From positions 1 to 54,707 of the forward strand of contig CAYHLX010000006.1 of NCBI GenBank assembly GCA_964357605.1: DNA of 54,707 nt, written 5' to 3'. The notes under the pieces were generated by a model, which ran no database searches, was not told where the DNA came from, and saw nothing but the letters and a program-made list of their open reading frames with translations. Position numbers and translations under genes: made by a program. Source of the stretch: an uncultured Candidatus Saccharibacteria bacterium. GTDB lineage: Bacteria; Patescibacteriota; Minisyncoccia; Phycocordibacterales; PALSA-1337. This document shows, piece by piece, positions 38,855-48,869 of this stretch (the first letter of the stretch is position 1; every line of letters begins with the position of its first letter).

Positions 38855-39562
38855 ATGAAAATGAAACTACTTGTTGCATTGGCCATTACTTCGGTTGTGA
38901 TTCCCTTGAGCTCGGCGCTGGCGGTGACCTACAATGTCAATGACACGGCCATCTTTGGCTCCGGTAATCCTGACACTGGTTGGACGGTGGAAAGTGGCGG
39001 CGGTGTTACTCTCGGCCTTCGTGGCAAGAACCGCACTACTGGCGACACGTCAAATGTGAACGGCGACTACGCCGTTCCGACCGGCTTCGCTGCCTTGAAT
39101 CGCGGGTTTGGCAACGCGGAGTTCTCGGTTGATACTGGTGCTTCCACTCTGCTTGCCTCGGGGCTCACGTTCTGGTTCGGCTTTGATACCGATGCCAGTG
39201 GTAACAATCTGTTTACGTATCTGCCTCTTGCCGCTGTCACTGACAGTTGGTATGGAAACGATAGCACGGCAAACGGTGGCGGAACGGTCGGGACGTATGC
39301 TCTCGCAGCTATCCACAGCGAAATGCAGAATTCCATTAACCAGTTTCACCTCGGAGTTAATCCGCTGGTTGATGGGACGTATGAATACGAACTCTTTGCG
39401 ACTCAGGGAACTCTCTCAACCGATACACGGGTTGCCTCAGTTGGTGTCACCATCCAAGTTGGCCAAGGCGGCACCTCGGTCCCAGACACTGGATCCTCGC
39501 TCGGCATGCTCGCAGCTGGGTTCACCGGCCTTGGACTTCTCCGGCGCAAGCTGGTGAAGTAA
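38855..39562 (+). CDS. Secreted protein with VPDSG-CTERM (PEP-CTERM-like) sorting signal
   Basis: Signal peptide (ALA-V); C-terminus VPDTGSSLGMLAAGFTGLGLLRRKLVK is motif plus TM plus basic tail. Confidence 0.85.
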   Translation: MKMKLLVALAITSVVIPLSSALAVTYNVNDTAIFGSGNPDTGWTVESGGGVTLGLRGKNRTTGDTSNVNGDYAVPTGFAALNRGFGNAEFSVDTGASTLLASGLTFWFGFDTDASGNNLFTYLPLAAVTDSWYGNDSTANGGGTVGTYALAAIHSEMQNSINQFHLGVNPLVDGTYEYELFATQGTLSTDTRVASVGVTIQVGQGGTSVPDTGSSLGMLAAGFTGLGLLRRKLVK

Positions 39563-39616
39563 ACAATTACATCATATCCTGTCCGCAAGCGGGATTATGA
39601 AGACTACACAAAAGTA

Positions 39617-39652
39617 CCCCGCTCGGCTCGACCAAGCGGGGGAAATTTTTTT
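39617..39652 (+). terminator. Intrinsic terminator
   Basis: CCCCGCT...AGCGGGG then AAATTTTTTT. Confidence 0.6.
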
Positions 39653-39704
39653 ATACAAGATAGGTTGATTTTAATTTTTTCTTAGAGTATTGTTTTATTG
39701 GATT

Positions 39705-39911
39705 ATGAATGAAACAACGAAGACTATTACTACCTACGCAGAATGGTGTGAAGCCCATAACTGCACTCACGCACACTGTCCACTTGAGTGTGAACATCCA
39801 CAACCCTTTGTTGGCGGCGATGGCAAACTCTATTGTGGTAGGTGTTACTTTCAGTGCCACAAAACCAAGACTGAAATGGTAGCTTGTGCCAAAGGAACTG
39901 GAGTATGCTGA
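39705..39911 (+). CDS. Small Cys/His-rich putative metal-binding protein
   Basis: 9 Cys and 5 His in 68 aa (CEAHNCTHAHCPLECEHPQP, YCGRCYFQCH); terminator CCCGGGCTTC/GAAGCTCGGG follows. Confidence 0.65.
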   Translation: MNETTKTITTYAEWCEAHNCTHAHCPLECEHPQPFVGGDGKLYCGRCYFQCHKTKTEMVACAKGTGVC

Positions 39912-39982
39912 CCCCACCAACCCCCGGGCTTCCTCGTGAAGCTCGGGCGGTATTTTTTATATAAAAGAGGTATAATTTCCTC

Positions 39983-42886
39983 ATGTTCGAAAATACTTTC
40001 AATACTCTCTATCAGAAGCTCAATAAACCTCAGAAACAGGCTGTAGATACCATCGAAGGCCCTGTCATGGTCATCGCTGGTCCTGGAACAGGCAAGACCA
40101 CGATCCTTACTCTACGTATTGCCAATATTCTCAAAAAAACTGACACTCCAGCCCACGGTATACTAGCTATTACCTACACAGATGCTGGAGTCAAAGCCAT
40201 GAGGAACAAACTTCAGAATATTATTGGCGATAGAGCCCATGATGTACGCATCCACACTTTTCATGGCTTTGCTTCATCAGTTATAGCCGAATACCCAGAT
40301 CATTTTTTGCACATCGGAGACCTGAAACAGATGAGTGACATAGATCAAGAGTCATTGGTGAGATCTATTATTTCCAATCCTAAGTTTAGAGACGTGAGAC
40401 CAGCCGGAAAACCAGATGCTTATGTTCTAAGTATTATCAAAACCATCGATGATGCCAAAAGAGAAGCTCTAACTCCAGAGATGGTGCGTGAACATGCTCG
40501 GGTTGAAATAGAGAGAATAAAAAATGATGAAGAATCTCTCTCCACGAGAGGAGCGACCAAAGGACAATTGAAAGCCGAAGCCAAGGAGCTCATAGAAAAA
40601 TGTGGGCGCACCAAGCTTTTTGCGGAGGTTTATGAACAATACGAATCAAAGAAACGCGAGGCCAAGAAGATGGATTTCAACGATCTGATCATCGAACTCC
40701 TATTGGCCCTGAAACGTGATGAATTACTCCTGAGACTCCTTCAAGAAAAATACCTCTACATTCATGTAGATGAACATCAGGATACCAACGATGCTCAGAA
40801 TTTTATCGTGGGGCTTATCGCTGAATTTTTTGAGACCCCCAATATTTTTATTGTGGGAGATGAGAAACAAGCTATCTATCGTTTTCAAGGGGCTTCGGTA
40901 GAAAACTTTATGTTGTTACAGAAAAAGTGGCCAACGATGCAGGTTATTCACCTAGATACTAATTACCGTTCTCATCAGGGAATTTTGGATGCTAGTTTTC
41001 AGATGATCGAGAAAAATTATGAAGATGGTGAACATGAAGATTTGCGCCTTAGATTAACCTCAGGTAGTGATGATAAACCACAACCGATTGATATCGTGAC
41101 GGGGGAAAATACCACTGCGATAGAATCTTACTTAGTGAAAGAGTTAAAAAATATCACTCAAAAAAATCCAGACGCTACCATTGCGATTATCGTACGAAGG
41201 AATCGTGATCTAGACAGAATTATTCGTCTGCTAGAATCAAACGAAATTCCGGTATCTTCCGAAAGAAGTGTTGATATCTTCAGTCATCCGGTAGGGAGAG
41301 TTTTCTTTGACTTGTTAGAATATCTTTTTGATTCGTCTCGTACGGATGCCTTGGCCAAAACGATTGTGGCTGGAATGTGGGGTCTTTCTTTTGAAAAAGA
41401 ATTAGAAATGATTAGGAATTTAAAAAGTGGTCGAGAGATTAATCTACCGGCTTTAGAAAAAATCAAAAAAGAGTTACTTACTGACGGGGCTGTGGGTTTT
41501 CTCATCCACGCTGCCCAAGAGTCAGGATTTATTTCCTTGGTTTCAAAGGATCCATCATATGTTCATGTTTGGAGAGGTATTGTGTCTCTTGCGGAATCTC
41601 TCTCTAGGGAAGGTGAGATTCATGATCCACTAAAACTAATTGAAAGCTTGCTGGCCTATCGGACCTCCGCCGAATCCAAGACTGTTAAGGTTTCTGTCGG
41701 GGCTCCAGATGTGCCGATCCAAGCGATGACGGCCCATGGAAGCAAGGGGCTAGAGTTTGATTATGTTTTTATTCCATACGCGACCGAAGAAGCTTGGATT
41801 GGAAAACCGAGAGGAGCCTCCTTTATTTTACCAAAGAAAAGGACGGCGGATCATGATATCCGTGATACCCGAAGGCTCTTTTATGTGGCTCTAACTAGAG
41901 CTAGAAAGCACGTGACCGTGCTCACTTCTCTAGAAGAGTCTGATGGTAAAATGTTATCTCCCTTGCGTTTCATAGAAGAACTTGGTGACAAGAATATTTC
42001 CAATACTACTTTGCCTAGAGTAGGAGTAAACGAGCTTTATTTGGCTAGTGTCTCTCACAAAAAAGAAAAGAAAGGTTCACCTTTGGTCGATTTAGCTAAA
42101 ACAGTTCTAACTGAGAAGGGGTTGTCGGTGACCGCTTTGAATCATTTTATGGAATGTCCCAACACTTTTCTTTATCAAAGTATTTTAAAAATTCCCCAAG
42201 CGCCTTCGGTGCCTGCCGAAAAGGGTAGTGCGATGCATTTTGCTTTTGACCACATTTGGAAAGCTGAAAACAAAAAAGCTAAAAATATAGAAGCCCTGCT
42301 TTTGGAAAAAGTTACTGAATATTTCGGCAATTCCTTGCTCTCAGTTGACGAAAAAGAATCAGCCAAAAAGGAGTTAATTGATGATATTCCTTCGGTAGCT
42401 AAGGCTCTAGAATCCCATTTTACTCAAGGTGAGGGGGCCTCAATTTTTACGGAAACTTGGGTCGAGACTAAATTTGATGGTAAACCAGTAAGTATTCCTC
42501 TCCATGGCAAGCTGGATGCTATCGTAGATACCGGTAAAGATGTCTACGTCTTTGATTACAAGACTCGGCAAGCCATGTCTGTAAATGCGATCAAAGGGGA
42601 TACCAAGAGTTCCGATGGCAACTATTTTCGTCAATTAGTTTTCTACAAGATGCTAGTAGGTAATGATCCACGTTGGAGGCAAAGGAAGATCATTCCTTCT
42701 CTAGTTTTTGTTTCTCCTGATGATAAGGACAGGTGTCCGACGATTACTTTACCGATAGAGTCTAGTGATGTGGAGAAGGTCAAAAAGGAAATTCAGTCAC
42801 TCATTGATAGCGTCTGGAGTGGGGAAATCGCGCAAGCTAAATGCGATGACCCAAAATGTGAGTGGTGTGGAATGAGGGGGATCTAA
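39983..42886 (+). CDS. UvrD/PcrA-family helicase fused to C-terminal PD-(D/E)XK nuclease (AddA/AdnAB-like)
   Basis: AGPGTGKT, VDEHQD, GDEKQAIYRF, HGSKGLEF, YVALTRA; GKLDA...DYKT; Cys motif ECP...CDDPKCEWC. Confidence 0.92.
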   Translation: MFENTFNTLYQKLNKPQKQAVDTIEGPVMVIAGPGTGKTTILTLRIANILKKTDTPAHGILAITYTDAGVKAMRNKLQNIIGDRAHDVRIHTFHGFASSVIAEYPDHFLHIGDLKQMSDIDQESLVRSIISNPKFRDVRPAGKPDAYVLSIIKTIDDAKREALTPEMVREHARVEIERIKNDEESLSTRGATKGQLKAEAKELIEKCGRTKLFAEVYEQYESKKREAKKMDFNDLIIELLLALKRDELLLRLLQEKYLYIHVDEHQDTNDAQNFIVGLIAEFFETPNIFIVGDEKQAIYRFQGASVENFMLLQKKWPTMQVIHLDTNYRSHQGILDASFQMIEKNYEDGEHEDLRLRLTSGSDDKPQPIDIVTGENTTAIESYLVKELKNITQKNPDATIAIIVRRNRDLDRIIRLLESNEIPVSSERSVDIFSHPVGRVFFDLLEYLFDSSRTDALAKTIVAGMWGLSFEKELEMIRNLKSGREINLPALEKIKKELLTDGAVGFLIHAAQESGFISLVSKDPSYVHVWRGIVSLAESLSREGEIHDPLKLIESLLAYRTSAESKTVKVSVGAPDVPIQAMTAHGSKGLEFDYVFIPYATEEAWIGKPRGASFILPKKRTADHDIRDTRRLFYVALTRARKHVTVLTSLEESDGKMLSPLRFIEELGDKNISNTTLPRVGVNELYLASVSHKKEKKGSPLVDLAKTVLTEKGLSVTALNHFMECPNTFLYQSILKIPQAPSVPAEKGSAMHFAFDHIWKAENKKAKNIEALLLEKVTEYFGNSLLSVDEKESAKKELIDDIPSVAKALESHFTQGEGASIFTETWVETKFDGKPVSIPLHGKLDAIVDTGKDVYVFDYKTRQAMSVNAIKGDTKSSDGNYFRQLVFYKMLVGNDPRWRQRKIIPSLVFVSPDDKDRCPTITLPIESSDVEKVKKEIQSLIDSVWSGEIAQAKCDDPKCEWCGMRGI

Positions 42887-43624
42887 CTATTTTTCCTCTA
42901 GTAACAGCGCATCCACCACCTGCTTTACTCTTTCGAAAGGCTGAGCGCCTTCAAGAGGAATATATTTTCCAGATGGAGTGACTAGGATACTAGATGGGGT
43001 ACCTTGGATACCAGCATTCATCCCTTCAAGTAATTGAGAATCTACTTTTTCCTTAAATTTTCCACTAGAGAGGCAACTGTTGAAATCATCAACGTTTAAA
43101 CCGACAAGTTTCGCAATTTTTGGTAGTTCTTTCTGATCAAGACCCTCTGGTGTATCTCCGGTAACGGAAGGGGTAATATCATAGAGACGGTTAGTGTAAG
43201 CCCAGAATTTGTCATTACCACCCAGAGAGCCGGCACATTCTAGAGCTTCAGCCTCTTTGCCAGCATTAGGATGAAGAATACGTCCATTGGCATCAGGTTG
43301 GTAAATAGGGAAATGGCGGTAGACCCAGGCGACTTCCCCAGTCTTTCCGTAGATATCCATAATCTTTCTCATGGTGGTGTGGAAGGATTTGCAGAAAGGG
43401 CAGGCTGTATCAGAATATTCAATGATTTTGATTTTAGCATTAGGATTACCAAAAATATGATCCTCATTACTCACCGCTTTGATCTGTTGCTCCAGCCCTG
43501 GTGGGGTAATTGCCACATTTTTGTTACTAGGGCTTTTGGTCCAGATAATAGCTCCGGCGACAATGGCACCGGCGATGACGATGGCGGTAGGAATGTTTAA
43601 AAGAGCAGCTTGTTTTTGTTCCAT
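42887..43624 (-). CDS. DsbA-family thioredoxin-domain protein
   Basis: EYSDTACPFC, YRHFP, GIQGTP, GAQP. Confidence 0.92.
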   Translation of the reverse strand: MEQKQAALLNIPTAIVIAGAIVAGAIIWTKSPSNKNVAITPPGLEQQIKAVSNEDHIFGNPNAKIKIIEYSDTACPFCKSFHTTMRKIMDIYGKTGEVAWVYRHFPIYQPDANGRILHPNAGKEAEALECAGSLGGNDKFWAYTNRLYDITPSVTGDTPEGLDQKELPKIAKLVGLNVDDFNSCLSSGKFKEKVDSQLLEGMNAGIQGTPSSILVTPSGKYIPLEGAQPFERVKQVVDALLLEEK

Positions 43625-43633
43625 GTGTAATAA

Positions 43634-44371
43634 TTATTTTTTAGCAAATCCTTCTAAGGCTTTTAAAGCTTCTACGGGAATCATGTAGACAATCGTGTTT
43701 GAAGCGTCTGAAGAGACATCATTCATAGACTGCAAGGTCCTCAAGTGGAGGGCTCCGGGGGAGCTAGCGAGCATCTGTGCGGCTTTGGCCATATTTTCGG
43801 AAGCGGCTAATTCTCCCTCTGAAGTAATGATGACCGATCTCTTCTCTCTTTCAGCTTCGGCTTGTTTTCCAATTGTTCTCTCTAAGTCTGGAGGTAGACT
43901 GACATCTTTGAGCTCTACTTTTTGAACTTTGAGACCCCAGTTGTCTGTTTCGATGTCCACAATCTCTCTAATTCTATCCGCAATTTTATCTCGACTTGAA
44001 AGGAGTTCGTCTAGAGTGACTTCACCGACAATGTTTCTCATGGTTGTTTGAGCGTATTGTGAAATGGCATATTTGAAATCTTCAACTTCGATAATCGCTT
44101 TTGAAGCATCGGCTACTTTGTAATAGATAACGGCGTTAACTCTGACCGAAACATTGTCTCTGGTAATCGCATTTTGATCAGGCACATCTACCGCTTTGGT
44201 TCGGATATCTACTTTTTGGTATGATTGAATCACGGGAATGACTAGTCTCCAACCAGGTTCCATGACTCCAGTAAATTTACCGAGAGTGAATCTTACACCT
44301 CTCTGGTACTGGTTGATCTGACGGATACTGATCACTGCAATGAAGATGACGACGTAAATTATATTGAACAT
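43634..44371 (-). CDS. SPFH/stomatin (slipin) family protein
   Basis: ITRDNVSVRVNAV, AQTTMR, QAEAERE, ALHLRTLQ. Confidence 0.93.
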   Translation of the reverse strand: MFNIIYVVIFIAVISIRQINQYQRGVRFTLGKFTGVMEPGWRLVIPVIQSYQKVDIRTKAVDVPDQNAITRDNVSVRVNAVIYYKVADASKAIIEVEDFKYAISQYAQTTMRNIVGEVTLDELLSSRDKIADRIREIVDIETDNWGLKVQKVELKDVSLPPDLERTIGKQAEAEREKRSVIITSEGELAASENMAKAAQMLASSPGALHLRTLQSMNDVSSDASNTIVYMIPVEALKALEGFAKK

Positions 44372-44414
44372 GTTCTTTTTAGTTAATAATATTAATTTGA
44401 CCTAATTATATCCT

Positions 44415-44996
44415 TTAAAACGGCATAGTAAAGGTCATGGCACTTTCAGTTTTTTTCTCCCATTCTTTCGTGTTAAGTTTAATATCAAGAATTTTTCCTG
44501 TTGTGAAGTCTTTATACTTTAACTTTTCGTTTTTTAGGGCAAAGTCATAGAGCTCTTTGGTAATTTTTACATCTTCTAGACAGTATTTAATTATTTTATC
44601 GATCTCTCCATTTTGCCACCAAGTGATGGCTTCTAGACCATGCCCGCTCTTTTTTTTGTTGAGAGTTGCTTCGGCTAGAGTATCTAGTTTTAAGCGGCGG
44701 TTTAGAACATTTCTGACTTCAGCTAGAAGATCTAGACTTTTTATCTTTGTCAGGTCACCAGGGTAGTATTTATTGAGTAGGGGGATGTCAAAATGATCTC
44801 CATTGAAGGTGATGAGCATATCAGCCTGTTCAATCACAGGCCAGAGTTTTTTGAAGTCTTCTTGTAAGTAACTAGTATATTCGTCGGTCAAAGAGTCGTG
44901 GATACAAACTACGGAAATATCAAGAGCCGTTGGATCATTTGACCCTACGTCCTGAAAGAGATTTCGAGTTTCAACGTCAAATGTAATCTTTCTCAT
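44415..44996 (-). CDS. RNase H-like 3'-5' exonuclease domain protein (YprB-like)
   Basis: FDVET, TFNGDHFDIP, YCLEDV. Confidence 0.85.
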   Translation of the reverse strand: MRKITFDVETRNLFQDVGSNDPTALDISVVCIHDSLTDEYTSYLQEDFKKLWPVIEQADMLITFNGDHFDIPLLNKYYPGDLTKIKSLDLLAEVRNVLNRRLKLDTLAEATLNKKKSGHGLEAITWWQNGEIDKIIKYCLEDVKITKELYDFALKNEKLKYKDFTTGKILDIKLNTKEWEKKTESAMTFTMPF

Positions 44997-46239
44997 CGCC
45001 AGTTTCCAGATTTTTGATTTTTAATTTACCAGTTGCAACCTCTTCATCACCGATGCAGATAATGTTGGGGATTTGAATTTTATCGGCATTTTTTATTTGA
45101 TCGCCAATCTTACGAAGAGAATAATCTATGGCGACTCTCAGTTTCTTGTTTCGCAGAGTTTGGGCTACGTCTTGAGCGTAACCCAAAGCTTTTTCGTTCA
45201 AGACGCAGATATAGATATCGGCGAAAGAGAATTTTGTGAGTTTTTTGCCATATGTTTCCATCAAGTCGGCGATCACGACATCTCCAGCGCCAAAGCCCAC
45301 CGCTGGAACTTTGTCTCCACCAAAGAGGGAAAGGAGGTCGTCGTAGCGTCCACCACCAAAAACCGATCGACGGTTCTCTGGGTTTTTATCAAAAATCTCA
45401 AAGACGATGCCGGTGTAATAGTCAAAGCCACGCATGAGAGTTTGGTCAAATCGGACATTGGTAATGCCGAGTTTTTCTAGAGAAGCGATGACTTCACGGA
45501 TTTCTTTCAAGCCCGCATGTTCTTCTTTGGTTTGAGGAAGGTTTTTGGTAAATTCTTCAAAGTTTTCTGAATTTAAGAGAGTGATGAATTGTTCAGTTTT
45601 TTCTCCTAGAATTTCTGTGACACCTGTTTCAAAGATGTCGACTGGGACTTTTTTCTTTTTGTCGATGAGTTTGGAAAGTTTGTGAGCGAGTTCATCTGAA
45701 AGTTCAAAAACATCTCGAGTTATATAGTTCATCAACTTGCGATGATTGAGTCGGATTTCGTAGTCATTTTGAGAGGAGACAAAGTAGCTCATAATATCAG
45801 AGGCCATCTGAATGATTTCTATTTCTGCTTGGAGGCTGGAAACGCCAAAAATATCTACATTTAACTGCCAATGTTCGCGTAAACGACCTTTCTGCGGTTG
45901 TTCGTAGCGGAAGAGGTTGGGTATAGAGAACCAGCGTAAGGGGAAACCGAGTTCACGTTTGCGAGCGGCGACCATGCGAGCCACCGTTGGAGTCATCTCT
46001 GGGCGGAGGGTTACTTCACGATCTCCGCGGTCTGTGAAAGTGTAAGTTTGTTCGTTGATTATTTCTTCACCTGACTTGGCACGATAGAGGTCTGCGGGTT
46101 CTAGAATTGAGGCGTTGTATTCTTGATATCCATATTTTTGAGCGACGTTTTTCCAGATTTCAAAAATCTGATTTTGTCTAGCCATGTCTTCTGGATAAAA
46201 ATCTCTAACACCTTTGTATGGATCTGTGGAAAGTTTCAT
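44977..46239 (-). CDS. hisS: Histidine--tRNA ligase
   Basis: LRPEMT, FRYEQPQKGRLREH, RGFDYYTG, GGGRYD. Confidence 0.96.
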   Translation of the reverse strand: MKLSTDPYKGVRDFYPEDMARQNQIFEIWKNVAQKYGYQEYNASILEPADLYRAKSGEEIINEQTYTFTDRGDREVTLRPEMTPTVARMVAARKRELGFPLRWFSIPNLFRYEQPQKGRLREHWQLNVDIFGVSSLQAEIEIIQMASDIMSYFVSSQNDYEIRLNHRKLMNYITRDVFELSDELAHKLSKLIDKKKKVPVDIFETGVTEILGEKTEQFITLLNSENFEEFTKNLPQTKEEHAGLKEIREVIASLEKLGITNVRFDQTLMRGFDYYTGIVFEIFDKNPENRRSVFGGGRYDDLLSLFGGDKVPAVGFGAGDVVIADLMETYGKKLTKFSFADIYICVLNEKALGYAQDVAQTLRNKKLRVAIDYSLRKIGDQIKNADKIQIPNIICIGDEEVATGKLKIKNLETGDEKDYI

Positions 46240-46259
46240 GTCATTATTGTATCAAAATC

Positions 46260-47009
46260 ATGAAAAATGTCATTATTGCAAATAAAGAGATTGGCGAGAC
46301 ACCACTCGCCTGTTTGGAAAGGGTACGAAGGGAGCAAGGTATTCTTCCTAATATACCCATGACCTATGCGGGAAGACTTGACCCGATGGCGGAAGGGGTT
46401 CTTATTATTCTGGTAGGGGAGGAGTGTAAGGAAAAGGAGAAATATTTGGGACTTGGTAAGGAATATGAGGTGGAAATTTTGTTGGGTGTAACCACTGATA
46501 CATATGATGTGTTGGGATTAGTGCAAGAAGTGAGTATGGGGAAAAACGACCAAAATTTAGTCAATTTTTCTAAATATGTCGGAAAGTTTAAACAGGATTA
46601 TCCGGCTTATTCATCTAAAGCTGTAGGAGGCAAACAACTGCACCAATATGCTCGTGAAGGAAATTTACCAGAGGAAATGCCGACCAAAGAGGTGGAGATA
46701 TATTCAATCGAAAAAATTGGTACGGAAGAAATTTTGGGAGAAAAAATCACTGAAAAAATTATAGAAAAGATCAAGAAGGTCAGAGGCGATTTTAGACAAG
46801 AGGAAATAATAAGAGGTTGGGAAAAATTCGGAGAAAAATACGAAAAACAAAAGTTTGTAATTATCAAACTAAAAGTTAACTGTTCTAGCGGGACTTATAT
46901 GAGATCTCTAGCGAACCGGCTGGGGGCGATAGCTATTTCTATAAAAAGATTACAAATCTTTTCTTCTGGCCCTGGCTCTATCGGTGGTAGTCAAAAACTT
47001 CTTTCTTAG
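46260..47009 (+). CDS. truB: tRNA pseudouridine synthase TruB-like
   Basis: YAGRLDPMAEGVL, TTDTYD, PAYSSK, CSSGTYMRSL. Confidence 0.85.
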   Translation: MKNVIIANKEIGETPLACLERVRREQGILPNIPMTYAGRLDPMAEGVLIILVGEECKEKEKYLGLGKEYEVEILLGVTTDTYDVLGLVQEVSMGKNDQNLVNFSKYVGKFKQDYPAYSSKAVGGKQLHQYAREGNLPEEMPTKEVEIYSIEKIGTEEILGEKITEKIIEKIKKVRGDFRQEEIIRGWEKFGEKYEKQKFVIIKLKVNCSSGTYMRSLANRLGAIAISIKRLQIFSSGPGSIGGSQKLLS

Positions 47010-48740
47010 GCGAACATTGAGCGGAGTGATTTCTAGGTACTCATCTTCTCGCATTGTTTCCAGTCCTTTTTCGATATCTAGTTTCCAGGCTGGGGTGAGC
47101 ATGATGTGCTCATCGTTACCGGATGATCGCATGTTACTCATGGCCTTGCCCTTACAAGGGTTGACTTCCATCTCATCACCTTTTGAAGTATCTCCTACCA
47201 CCATCCCTTCATAGACCTCAGTGGTTGGTTCAATGAAAATTCTTCCTCTTTCTTGTAGATTCCAAAGGGCAAAAGCGAGAGCTTTGCCAGTCATCATAGA
47301 AGTCATGGAGCCGGTTGAATGCTTCTCTATTTCTCCGGCGTATGGTTTGAAATCAATGAAGCGACTAGCGAGAATTCCTTCACCCTTGGTATCAATCACA
47401 AATACTCCTCGATATCCCAACAGACCTCTAGTTGGTATTTCAAAAATCATTCTCGCCTGACCCTCTTTTGTTTTCATGTCTATCATCTGTGCTTTTCTAG
47501 TACCAAGTTTTTCTATAATAGCTCCAGTGTATTCTTCGGGAATGTCTATAGTTAGTTCTTCAAATGGTTCGCTTTTTACTCCATCAATATCTTTGATAAT
47601 AACTTGAGGTTGTGAGACCTGTAATTCATAGCCTTCTCGTCTCATGTTTTCCAAAAGTACAGCAATGTGAAGTTCGCCTCGTCCAAAGACGCGATAATAA
47701 TCATTAGAAGTGAAATCGACTTTAAGACCGACGTTGATTTCTAGTTCTTTCTCTAATCTCTCACGTATTTGTCGTCCAGTGACGAATTTTCCTTCCTTTC
47801 CTGCAAAAGGCGAACTATTTACCAGAAAATTTAGCGAGATGGTTGGTTCATCTATTTTTATGGCTGGAAGGGCTGGTGTCTCGGCGTTGTCGGTCAAGGT
47901 TTCTCCGATATAGATTTGAGGGAAGCCGGCAATGGTGACGATGTCTCCGGCACTAGCTTCGGTAATCTCAATTCTTTTCTTACCTTCAAAAGTGAAAAGT
48001 TTGGTGATTCTGCCTGAACTCACACTGCCGTCTATTTTCTTTTCAAAAACCGTCTGCCCAGTTTTGATGGTTCCATCGTAAATTCTGCCAATCGCTAGAC
48101 GTCCGAGAAAATTGTCATAACCCAGGTTAAAAGTTTGAACGGTGAGAGGAGCAGTCGCGCTGTGATCTTTGTTAGCTGGTGGAACATGTTCCAAAATCAT
48201 ATCTAGGAGGGGAGTTAGGTCCTTTTTCTCATCTTTTGCATTTCTCATGGCGACACCTTCACGTCCAATAGCATAGATGGTCGGAAAATCTAGTTGAGCA
48301 TCGTTGGCGCCGAGTTCCATAAAAAGTTCTAGGACCATTTCGTGACAATGCTCGGGGTTGGCGGCTGGTTTATCTATTTTATTGATAATCACGATTGGTT
48401 TCAGACCGAGCTCTAGAGATTTTTTGAGAACAAATCTCGTTTGAGGCATCGGACCTTCCTGGGCATCGACGACAAGAAGCACGGTATCAATAGAGCGGAG
48501 GACTCGCTCTACCTCTGAACCGAAGTCGGCGTGTCCTGGAGTGTCCACAATGTTGATCTTGGTTCCTTTGTATTCTATGGAAGTATTTTTGGCATAAATG
48601 GTAATACCACGCTCTTGTTCTAGAGCGTTTGAATCCATAGTTCCGTCATCTCCATGTCCGCATTGGGTCATGATGGCGTCGGTGAGAGTAGTCTTTCCGT
48701 GGTCCACGTGGGCTATAATCGCGATGTTTCGGATATCCAT
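46950..48740 (-). CDS. typA: Translational GTPase TypA/BipA
   Basis: [34 protein letters not shown]. Confidence 0.96.
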   Translation of the reverse strand: MDIRNIAIIAHVDHGKTTLTDAIMTQCGHGDDGTMDSNALEQERGITIYAKNTSIEYKGTKINIVDTPGHADFGSEVERVLRSIDTVLLVVDAQEGPMPQTRFVLKKSLELGLKPIVIINKIDKPAANPEHCHEMVLELFMELGANDAQLDFPTIYAIGREGVAMRNAKDEKKDLTPLLDMILEHVPPANKDHSATAPLTVQTFNLGYDNFLGRLAIGRIYDGTIKTGQTVFEKKIDGSVSSGRITKLFTFEGKKRIEITEASAGDIVTIAGFPQIYIGETLTDNAETPALPAIKIDEPTISLNFLVNSSPFAGKEGKFVTGRQIRERLEKELEINVGLKVDFTSNDYYRVFGRGELHIAVLLENMRREGYELQVSQPQVIIKDIDGVKSEPFEELTIDIPEEYTGAIIEKLGTRKAQMIDMKTKEGQARMIFEIPTRGLLGYRGVFVIDTKGEGILASRFIDFKPYAGEIEKHSTGSMTSMMTGKALAFALWNLQERGRIFIEPTTEVYEGMVVGDTSKGDEMEVNPCKGKAMSNMRSSGNDEHIMLTPAWKLDIEKGLETMREDEYLEITPLNVRLRKKFLTTTDRARARRKDL

Positions 48741-48805
48741 AAAGTTTGTTGAGTTGCTATTAAAGCATAAAAATATGGGAAAAGTCAAATTAGGGATTTA
48801 TTTAG

Positions 48806-48842
48806 ATAAAAGAAAGAACGGCAGCCATAGGGGACTGCCGTT
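48806..48842 (-). terminator. Intrinsic terminator after the kinase-like gene
   Basis: AACGGCAG/CTGCCGTT stem followed on the minus strand by CTTTCTTTT. Confidence 0.65.
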
Positions 48843-48869
48843 GCTTCGTGTAAAGAGAGAGGGTGGCTT

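Noticed and set aside
35208-39911. Prophage remnant around the lysozyme-like and small hypothetical genes
   Set aside because: No structural, terminase, holin or integrase genes; interleaved with dnaG-rpoD
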